Assembly (NCBI GenBank): GCA_002269645.1 | Contig: NIVC01004916.1 | Coordinates: 1-31,581, forward strand | From: Macrostomum lignano | Lineage: Eukaryota | Length of the DNA stretch: 31,581 bases | Reading direction: 5' to 3' | In this document: positions 1 through 18,200 of the stretch, piece after piece | How positions within the stretch are numbered: the first letter of the stretch is position 1 | Layout of the letters: the number at the start of each line of letters is the position of its first letter | The notes under the pieces: generated by a model | What the model saw: the letters and a program-made list of their open reading frames with translations, nothing else | Told to the model about the DNA's origin: nothing | Databases searched by the model: none | Program-made: the position numbers and the translations under genes

Positions 1-340
1 TTTCGATAATTATAACTTGAAGCATTAAGCTGTTCAATCATCTGTTAGGCTAAGTTATTTGTTGATGCTTAACCTTCCACTGCAGTCCCGCCTACTCATG
101 TTCCTGTAATAAACGCTATAAAGTCCATTGCGCACTAAGTAGTTTTGGTACTTATAACGGCATATTTGAATGCACCGCACCATGCTAGTTGCTCAGAGCG
201 TCTGTCCACTTTTATACGCTATAATTTCTTAATTCCTGTCTCATTGCTACTAGCGTCACATACTACTTATATCTTGTGCTAAGTATTGAATAACTCCGCC
301 ATTTGTTTCATGTATGTACCAGCAAAAATAACAAGTAGCT

Positions 341-680
341 TCCTAGATCCCCAGTTGCTGGCCAGCCTCCCAGATTCTCAGTTGCTGGCCAGCCTCCCAG
401 ATCCTCAGTTGCTGGGCCAGCCTCCCAGATTCTCAGTTGCTGGCCAGCCTCCCAGATTCTCAGTTGCTGGGCCAGCCTCCCAGATCCTCAGTTGCTGGGC
501 CAGCCTCCCAGATCCTCAGTTGCTGGCCAGCCTCCCAGATCCCCAATTGCTGGGCCAGCCTCCAGATCCCCAATTGCTGGGCCAGCCTCCCGGATCCCCA
601 GTTGCTAGGCCAGCCTCCCAGATCCCCAGTTGCTGGGCAACATTCCCAGATTCTCAGTTGCTGGGCCAGCCTTCCAGATC
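341..680. repeat. Minisatellite, 27-28 bp unit (CCTCCCAGATCCTCAGTTGCTG[G]GCCAG), about 12 copies
   Basis: Direct tandem repetition. It explains the ORFs 286..705, 437..724 and 460..699. Confidence 0.95.
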
Positions 681-1419
681 CTCGATCCACCGCCAGCATT
701 CCTGATCTTCCCAGGCTAGAGTAGACAATCCAATGAAAAATTTGCTGGCCTAATCATAATTGGTATTTCATAATATATATATTTAACCTAGAAGCAGTTT
801 GTCAAGTGCATATTTTTTGGCTTAGCAGCAGAAATAGTCGGTGACTACTGTCATTACTGTTGAGCAGGCTGGCTCTGAGATTGTCAATGCTGCAACCTAT
901 TTTTCTACGAGTACAAGCATAATATCTCTTTCCACACATTCAATCAGTCGGTTATACTGCGTGCTTATTTTGTGTTAATTCTGCACAGAATTGGAAATTA
1001 TTGTTCATATTGAAAAAAGATTGTTGTGATTTTTTTTAATTTTGTCTCATATCCTCTCCGTATTGGCGTCGCAGTCCCAACATTTTATCTCTTAGCTTCT
1101 TGCTGATTTATTTTATTGCTTAATTGTGGTCTCCCCCGCTAATCCAGTCAGTTAATTTAGTAGCTTTTCTATTATTTTTTTAAGTGAGTTTATGGATTGG
1201 ATTGATTGAATCAGTCGTGAATGCCATAAATATATATTATATGATTATAATCAGCGGCTACCTGTGCTGTCACAGCCTGTTCCGCTTTCCACAACTGGCT
1301 CGTCAATCAACTTATTAGCTATACAGAAATTTTATGTCAAAAAAGCAAGGTCTTCGTCTTGTGTTTAATTTTTAATCAGTCTATCGAAAGTAAATATTAA
1401 TTTTAAAAAATTAACTTTG

Positions 1420-2864
1420 AGGCGCCGTCAGCATATCTTGGATCGCGGGGGGCACACGCCCCGCCAGCGACAGCATCATGGAGCATCAGCATTACTGTAA
1501 ATAATTAGCCAGCATCATCACCTCCATCGCCTCCGTCGTCACAGCCAGCAACACAAGAAGCATCGTCATATCCGAGCACATCACCACCGTCGTCATCAAC
1601 GGATCGAAGCGTCCAACACCAACCGAAGAAGTTAATCACCATGCGCCTATTGCCGAATTTCTTCCGTAGTGCAACACAGGACTCTGTCGACGACTGTCTT
1701 CTAATGCCAACACGGGCTAACCAAGGCCGTTCTACAGAGTTCCATGTGCATCAGCAATCCAGCGTCACCGCATATTTTCCTCCAGCAGCTACCATCCGAA
1801 GTCCGGCCAGCATCATCAGGAAGTCATCACTGCAGAGGCCTTCCACAGGGTCAACGACAACTGGATGATGCGACATGGCCAGCCAACTTATTTCCATCGC
1901 AGCTTCCGGTCTGCCCGTGCGCCCCTCTGCGCTGCCCCAGCCGCAAAGCGACTACCCGCCTCAGATTCCGCGGCGCCTTGTTCGGGAGTCGTCTGTCTGC
2001 ACTTTGGCATTCTCCGCAGGTCGCGCCAGCCAAGCGACAATCCGCCGTTCTGGAGCATCGCAGGAGGACGCAGGAGTAGACCGGCCGTCCGTTCGTCCAT
2101 CCAATACAGCACAACCGACGTCAGCCATTCAGCCAATACAGCAGCATCCGTCTCGTGCGCTTCCCTGCTGGTTCTCTCGGCCACAGAGCAACAGCCCGCC
2201 TCCAGTAGTCCGGTGCACCTTGTCTAGGGTGTCGCCTGTCGGTATCGGCATCCTCACAGTCGGCCACACGACCGATCATATGCCACCGGGAGCGTCAGTC
2301 GAGGACGCGAGCGGATCAGGCACTGCAGCATCCACCACAGACTTTCATCATCCTAGTAGCTACTACTATACCGTTACGCCAACTAAATGCATATCCAATC
2401 CTATTGAATTTTCATAGGGACTCGGTCTTTCGTGGGGGGGGACTGTTGTAGTGACCTTCGCGAAAGTTCGATGCATTAATTATGAATTATTTGTTTCTAG
2501 AAATTTCCCCGTAGAGTGCAAATTAAATTCTCGAAATTTCTTCTCACAGTAACTAATTCTAATACTCGCATTTATAAACATTCAATGTATAATTTATTAC
2601 AGTAAGGCAGTACTACAATTAATGCAAATCTAATAGGAATCAATAATTAATATTTGTTTTGTTATAATGCTCAGAATATTCTAGAAGTTTCCGGCGATGC
2701 TCCTGATGGCTATAAATAAACGGTGCCAACTGCGGATAATCTTTACCTTCTTATTCTCCTTACTTCTACTCCGCTGTCTTTTAACCAAAAAAAATAACAA
2801 CCACCGCCTAGCTCTTTCCCTTTCTTTAATTTATTGAAGTACATTAAATCCTTACAATGACACA
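1420..2864 (+). mobile_element. Probable LTR-retrotransposon 3' remnant: low-complexity S/P/T-rich internal tail, polypurine tract and a single 3' LTR
   Basis: A GC-rich block (1420-2420) with broken S/P/T/Q-rich frames ends in TCTTTCGT-GGGGGGGGAC (G run 2434-2441), directly followed by TGTTGTAG at 2444, the typical PPT-TG junction. Downstream are TATAAATA (~2711), a pyrimidine-rich tract, ATTAAA (2843) and candidate CA ends at 2856 or 2864. No RT/IN motif and no 5' LTR are visible. Confidence 0.5.
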
Positions 2865-3403
2865 ATGAAAAAATCTGTTATATTACATTTATTTGGTATT
2901 TATGCTACAGTGGCATATTCTTAAAATTGCAGAATTTTGTTAAGACTAATCTATACAGCATGTATATGTTGTTGCTTAAAATTAAAATAATTACAATTGT
3001 CATATATATATATAGTAGATAATCATTTGATAATAAACCGTCTAAAGAGTGCAAGAATTGTTCGATTTCTACCGTATTAATCGCACTGGTTAAATTTGAT
3101 TTTGCACAATAATTATTCGTCAACAAAATTTCCGGTGCTACGTGAGACGAAGAAGACTACACCGTATGAAATCGTCAAATTTGTCGACTTTAAAGTAAAA
3201 AACAATCTTAAATCATTTTCTTCGGAAAAAATTGACTGCCAAAGATTTTGCAGCTTCATCGTTAGCTAGCTATTTTGATTTACTTCTTTATTTCGCACTA
3301 GTTCAAAAAAAACATTTTCTAAGAAAGGTTCATCAAATCATGTGTTCTTACGAGCAAGGATAACATTCTGCAGCTTTTGTACCGTTTGGCTAATCTTTAA
3401 CAT

Positions 3404-3557
3404 GTAAGTTTGTTAATTTACTATTCTGCAAAATTTATATAGCTTTGCAGAATTTCGTGGCAAGCATTTTCCTATTTTATTAGGTACTATTTCTGTTTAA
3501 GCTGCAGTCTATGCCATAGTCTACATGTAATGCCACAACCATTTGATACTCTTCCAG
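3404..3557 (+). other. Putative 5'-UTR intron (or trans-splice acceptor) of the kinase gene
   Basis: GTAAGT at 3404 and CTCTTCCAG ending at 3557, 33 nt before the ATG. There is no transcript evidence. Confidence 0.35.
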
Positions 3558-3590
3558 CGCACCATCCGCCGAGAGCGCCTCCGATCCGGC

Positions 3591-11716
<8,126 letters not shown>

Positions 11717-11826
11717 TAAATGACTTTGAAGGACATTTCGAAATGGAACAGTCAATAATTGATTAGTACATGTAAATTATGCAAACAGCCAAGTATTTGC
11801 TGCTCAGTTTGTATCTTGATTTGGTT

Positions 11827-11832
11827 AATAAA
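11827..11832 (+). terminator. Candidate polyadenylation signal of the kinase gene
   Basis: AATAAA 110 nt after the TGA. Confidence 0.45.
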
Positions 11833-12511
11833 TAGAGAAGTGAACCACAGAAGTCAAGTTCTACGATAAGATCGCTGTTCGTGTACGTAGGTATGCATCG
11901 AGCTTTAATAGTGAAGCATTAGTTAAACATAAGTTAGCTGTTGTTTCCTCACTCTGATACTCTAACATGCGTTTAACTTTTATTCATTAGATCAAGTTAA
12001 ACAACCGATGCTATGTGCTTCTGAATTAAATGAATTCAAAGCATTCTGCACCTGTCAACCACAACGCTGTACATGCATATAATCGTTTCTATTATAATAT
12101 AGCTTTCATGATTCGCGGCTTCATTCATAGCGTAGCTATCGGAGTTTTCTAGGATTATCTCAGCAAGCCAGTCTTTTCTAGGAGTCATTTTATTACATGT
12201 ATATAGTTTAAAAATCTGTCAGTATTACGTATCATGTGAGCCCTTGTGTCTGTACCAAAGACGAATGCCTGTGCGTACAAGCATTAATGACGCACGACGA
12301 CGTGTAGCGAAGAAAATAGAGGACACGACGACTAATGAAATAGCGTTGCATGTACGTTAAAGTTAAATACTGACATGTATACAGTAGTAGGTAAAATATA
12401 TTCCTTGGCAAAAAAATGTTTTTTTCTCTATTCCTGAACTCATTGAGCCTTAGGCGCGCCAAGTTCTTTCTACAGTACATGGTTGGTCAGCCGTCATTGA
12501 CTAGTATACAG

Positions 12512-13788
12512 TACAGGGGAAGTAAAAAAGTAATGATAAGTCCCCCCCCAGGGTCAGGCACTTCTCCATGCGGTGTCGCCATCTCTCCAGGCCATACGCG
12601 TGGAACTCAGGAGGCTGTGCAGCAAGCCACAGTACAGTAGCCTTTTTGGCAGCCCCTGTCCTCATGTTGGACTCCTTTGTTCGCTTCCTTCAGCTTGGCA
12701 AACAAAAAAGTCTTAAGGAGCCAAATCAAAGCTATATGGAGGATGCTGGAGGATTTCCCAGCGGAAATCTCGCAGGGCTTCACGGCAGAGCCGAGAAGTG
12801 TGAGCTGGTGCATTGTCGTGGTGAAAGAGAATCCTACGGTGCAGCTTGCCATGTCGCTTTTTGGTCAGTTCGGAGTAAAACTTTTGCAAAATTAGCGACT
12901 CATATTAGGTGGAATTGCTGATAGTCTTCTGGCTTTCCAAGAAGTCCACCATCACCACTCCCTCAACATCCCAGAAGATGGTCGCCCAAGACCTTCGCTG
13001 CAGACCCTTCCGCACGGAACTTCTTGTTGGGGCCCGCTGAACCTCATGGCAGCCACTCCTTGGATTGGACCTTGGACTCGGGATTGTACTAAAATATCCA
13101 TGTTTAATACCCAGTCACTAGCGTTGGTAAAAGTTTTCTGATTCAGCGTCCAAGCAGTTCAGCAGGCTGATGGCGCACTCAGTGCGCTGAACCCGGTGTT
13201 CAGGCCGCAACAGCCGCGGGACCCAGCGGGCACTCAGCTTGCTCAGACCAAGAGTCCGTCACTTAATGGAGTGAGCACTGCCATGAGAGATGTCCACTTG
13301 GTCAGCAATATTGTCTATGGTCACGAGCCAATCCTGCTCAATCACCTGCTGCACAGCTGCAATATTTTCCTCTGTGCGCGATGTTTGTAGGCCTTAACTC
13401 GATCCCTCCACTGCATGGGCGTCCTTATTCGGACTCTCGGCCTCCCTTAAAAGCCTAAATCCAGCAGTAAATTGTTGGATCTGGTGGAGCAGTGTCCCCC
13501 TAGACCTTCTTCAAAGCGTCAATGATTTCAGCTGGCTACCAACTAAGTTTTACAAGAAACTTCACCTTATTGCGAGCTTCGATTTTTTATTTTTCCGTTG
13601 CTGAAAGGGTATACTGTGATTAGAGCGTCGATCATCATGCGCAGACATCAATCACTTTAGAAGAACCAAAACTCTGTCAAATAAATAACAAAAGATATTT
13701 TTCTCAAATGAAACCAGTTGCAGTTCAATACCTCTTATATTTTAGGCGTTACAGCAAACTTATCATTACTTTTTGACTTCCCCTCGTA
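12512..13788 (-). mobile_element. Mariner (DD34D) DNA transposon, full length (~1.28 kb), decayed
   Basis: TIRs are TAC-AGGGGAAGTAAAAAAGTAATGATAAGT (12512-12541) and the reverse complement TACGAGGGGAAGTCAAAAAGTAATGATAAGT (13758-13788), with TA at both ends and a transposase remnant inside. Confidence 0.93.
12535..13648 (-). pseudogene. Mariner transposase pseudogene (multiple stops and frameshifts)
   Basis: Manual minus-strand translation gives LSKLSARWVPRLL, YNPESKVQSKEW, ATIFWDVEGVVMVDFL, HHDNAPAH and HPPYSFDLAP*DFFLF. There are 34 residues between the second and third catalytic Asp. Confidence 0.93.
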
Positions 13789-15237
13789 GCCGTACAGCCA
13801 ATTGGAGTCATTTGAGGGAACCTATCGGCAACACGCATGGAGATAGCCGAATAGCCGTCAAAGATTTTTTCTAAACATATCCATTTTTTAGGAGTAAGGA
13901 ATCTGTGTCATGTCTGATATCTCGGTGGCAGTGCCTCTTGACATTCGTGTTACAAATAGCACAATTACGTATATATACTTTTCTAGCTAAACCTGTAATA
14001 GCCCGAAAATATACAAAGTTTTCAATTTTTAAATATACCTGAAAATATCAAAATTTACAGCAGTGAATTTAAAAAAACAACTAAATTTGTTAAACTGGAT
14101 AGTTTATTTAAACACTCGTCTTTTCCTTTTCTTATGCGGAAATAACAATTCGTAATAATAATAGTGTGATTGGTATACCGTGAGGCGTTTACGGAGCTCT
14201 CGCGACAGTATTTATCTATACAATAGTTGGCATGCTTCATCTTTCCTCAAGATAAGGGCCAGTGGCCTTCCCATATATTACCCTAAGCCCAATATAATGT
14301 GCAAAAAGTATTTTTCTTATCTTCGACATGTGTGAAAACTGAAAACATGTTTTAATTTTTAATTCTACTATAAAAGACCATAGGAGTCAAGACTAAGACT
14401 TTGATATAAGATATAAACTAGACTAAGACTAGGCAGCCCCCCCCCCAAGACTACTACTAACCACCAACACTAACACCAGTCTTTCAAATTCAAAAAACAA
14501 ATTTAATTTAAGTAAAGTCTTTATTCCTATTTCTAGGCTTATAAGAAATAGCATAGAGGCCTAACTTTGTTAAAGCATTATACATGACCCCTAACATAGG
14601 CCTACACTATGTTATAATAAAATTAACAAAGTTAATAGTGGTTATGCCCTTATGGTAACCCAAACAAAAGCTTTTTAATTAAAGCATAGTATATTAATCT
14701 CTATTGATTGTAGCTAATAGCCATTATAGTAGATAGTGTCTAGCATAGATTGGTGCTTAGTGGTATAGGCATAGTCTGGTATACTAGGCTATCTTAGTCT
14801 AGTATAAGAAAGGGGACACCTGGGTCCTGGTATAGTCTAGACCTTGGCTGCAATAGAAATGCATAAAAATCAATTATAAAAATATATAGGCCCTAATTTA
14901 AATAATTAATAATCTATTAATTTTAGACTATTTTGTAAATAAAATTTCAATATTTTTTAATTTCTTTATCATATAAATACCATAGTCTAGAAGGTAGCCT
15001 TTATGCCAAAATTTTCTGGTATATTTTTGCTCTTACTGACAATCTTGGCATGCATTTGGCATATATACGAGGGGTGTTGCAAAAGTTTCTAGACTAATGC
15101 TCTTCATGGTGATAATTTTAGTTTGATTTAGCAAAAAATTTAAATAGACAAACAGGCAACTTGTATTTTATAATATTATAAAAGTTTCAGAAAATTTGGA
15201 GTTGATGGTTAATAGTAATAAGCAATTGTACATTAGA

Positions 15238-18200
15238 TAGAGACTCCGGCGAGCTCCGAGTAGCGTGGTTGAAACTAGAAAAAACGTACATTTAGCACCT
15301 ACTTCAAACAGAAAACTAAGATAGAAAAAATATGACTGTGTAAAAACTGAAATACACAATAAAAAGCACAATAAATGTACTTCAAAATGAGTGCTCAAAC
15401 AGCTTCTAAAGTCGATCAGAGACAAAGTTATGGACAGTTAAAGTTTCATCATTTTTGCATTCCCATGCAAAATGAAGCCTATTTTACGGTAAAAATCGTG
15501 ACTTTGGAAAGTCTAATTTTTAATAACGAAATGACCGTTTTAAACAAAAATAATCAATATAAAAGCAATCTAGGCATAATTAAGTATCATTTTATGTAAA
15601 TTTCAGAAGAAAAAAATATTCCCTGTTGCCTACAGGGGTAGTCCAAATTTTTTTCTTCGATTTCTTTGTATCATCCGATTGCTGCACGGAATTCAAATGT
15701 AAATTTCTTTATTCTTTGTTGCAAGTGGAAGGACATGCAGAAAACCGTTTGGGATTACCTAGTCGCGCATTGCTACTAAGTTGATTCAAAGATCATAGTA
15801 AAATCAAAGTAAATGTCTATTTAAAATATATTTTTTATTTTTTTTGAGAAAAAAAGAGACGCACAAATACAGTTGATATTGACTTTCATACATAATTGCA
15901 TGACAAGTGTGAGGAATGAAAGTTCCTTCTGACAACTGACCGCGCACTTAGAAATATGAGCATCAATATGTTTCAGCGAGATTCAGGTAAACGGCAGGAG
16001 TAACTATGACTTTCAGTGCAAATGCAATTGCATCGTCACCTTATTAGTAGGAAAAATGAACATTTTTAAACTGTATTTTGTAAGTTAATTGCACTATGAA
16101 GTCAATACACACTGTCTTGAAATTCATTTCCATGATAACCATTACAACTGCTGTCTTCAAGATGTGTACTCTTCTATTCTATGTACACATTGTACATGGG
16201 GGTCATATGAGAGGCTTCCGTTGGAAAGCTGCTGGATATCAGACCCCAGCATAGTGATCCCAACAAGCGACCCCTGGCATTCGTCTGGTCAACGATGCAA
16301 ACTCTCAAAAATGTATGGTATGTATGGTACAGAGTACCGTGGAACTGTTGCAATAGGTTTATGCCTGTGCAATAAAAGCAGGTAGGTGATTTTTTATATG
16401 GCATTGAAAAGCAGCCATTTTGTTTGAATGTCTTCTGACTTATGCAGCTACTGAGTTAGCTAGATTCTTCATTGTAATAATGAGTGATTATTTTGGGTGC
16501 AAACTCTGAAGACTTAACATGCAAATACTAGCCTAGGTGCTAATCTGTGTGGGAGATAGTACATAATATGAATCTCAGGCAACTACGTTTTGTGAACAGA
16601 CCAAGCTGTGCTTGAAAAACTTTGTTAAACAATGAATACACTTAGTCATCATCATCATCATAATCGTCATCGTCATCAGAGAGAACATTCAATTCGCCAG
16701 CCAGGTAGTCCTTGTTGAGGTCATAGGTGTACTCCCCTTCAAAATCATCGAACACAACCTTGAACTCCTGGCTGAGAATGTCCCTGCTCTGGCAGGTTGA
16801 TGGCAGTCGCTGGAGGACGTGGCCTGGTATCCAGTCCTCCCCATCTGTGAAGCAGAACTTCATCTCGATTCTTCTGCTCACCAGATCGGGGAGGTTGGCC
16901 AGCGTCCGCTGATTGGTGGTCTCGTCAATGGCGTCGCCCTCATCCTCGTGTCTTCTTCCTCGTCCTCGTCCTCGTCCTCCTCCTTGACCTCGTCCTCCTC
17001 CTTGACCTCGACCTCGTCCTTGACCTCGACCTCGTCCTTGACCTCGACCTCGTCCGCGTCCGCGACCGCCGCCTCGTCCACCAAGGCCAGGCCCAGCTTG
17101 AGCAGCCACAGCTCCTGCATCTTGAATCCGTTGACGACGCTGCAGCCTGTCAGCAATGGCAGTGCGGACTCGCTCCTTGCGCTCGCGAGCATCCAGGAGG
17201 CCGGACGGAGGCACGGTGGGCGCATCGGCACCCTTTTGCTGGTCCTGTAGTTCCACTATCTGCAGAACTTCACGCAGTTGGCTTCGCAGTTGAGGCACAC
17301 TGCGCTTGACACCAGCCGCGGAGAAGTTGAGCAGGCTGGCCTTGTCCTTGGGCAGGTGGATCTCTACAAAATATTACATGAAACATAATTTTCATGCTAA
17401 GCAGTGAGCAAACAGACACATTTTTCTGCCCACACGTACTGGTCGCTTTGTGCAGTTGCAGCTGTGCTTTGATGGCCTTCTCGTGCTGGTCAGGGGCTAG
17501 TTGGTGCAGCACAGCGTCCATCCTGGAGATGGTTGGCCAGAGTCCGCCGTAGGCCTCGATGACACGGAGAATGGATCGGATGCTCTCGGCGTTCGAGTCC
17601 TTCTTGCGCTGCTTTTCAGCTAGCTTGGCGCGGAGAATCTCCTGGCGGCAGCTGCGCAAGGCGTCGGCGCTCTCCTTCCCTCGCTTTTCGAGCTGAGGGA
17701 CCAGCTTCCGTGCCCTGGTAAGAAGGAGGTCCTTCTCGCGCTCCGTCTTGTCGGCCAGCCACTCGGACGTGCAGTTATAGCCGAAGAGCACAAGCGACTC
17801 GCGCGCAAGAGGGCGCATGTTGGGCCTGTCTGCGACGCACTTATCCAGCATCCCGAAGCCTCGCTCGACTGCTACGTTGTCCTTAGGCGCAGATGAGACA
17901 AGCTGGGCAACTTCTGGCGTGAGCTGCCGCAGAGTGCCCCCAGGCAGGTGGTCACGCACCTCTCTCTCTAGCAACACAAGCATGTGTGTCGCCATGATCT
18001 GAAGTGGTGTTTTAAAGTATAAAAGCTACAATCTATACATTCGTTAATGTTCATTGATACTGTACTGTACTTTGTGACTAATCAGCGCATTCATAATTCA
18101 AAACCCATATTTACCTGCAGAGCCTGGCCGACAATCTCGTTCTCCAAGGCTGTCAGCTCAGACGTCAGCGCCGCCCAGATGTCCTGCAGCTGGATGTCCC

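Noticed and set aside
1641-2417. Overlapping 75-180 aa ORFs treated as a host gene
   Set aside because: Low complexity, no consistent frame or splice structure, and they end at a PPT-LTR-like junction, so they are better explained as a retroelement tail.
15621-15655. TACAGGGGTAGTCCAAATTT, resembling a Tc1/mariner terminus
   Set aside because: I found no partner TIR in the window. It may only be a small CCCTGT/ACAGGG hairpin.
16198-16248. GGGGTC...GACCCC hairpin downstream of the transposase as a possible ribozyme or structured RNA
   Set aside because: There is no hammerhead (CUGANGA/GAAA) or HDV core on either strand, and the stem is too short to be significant.
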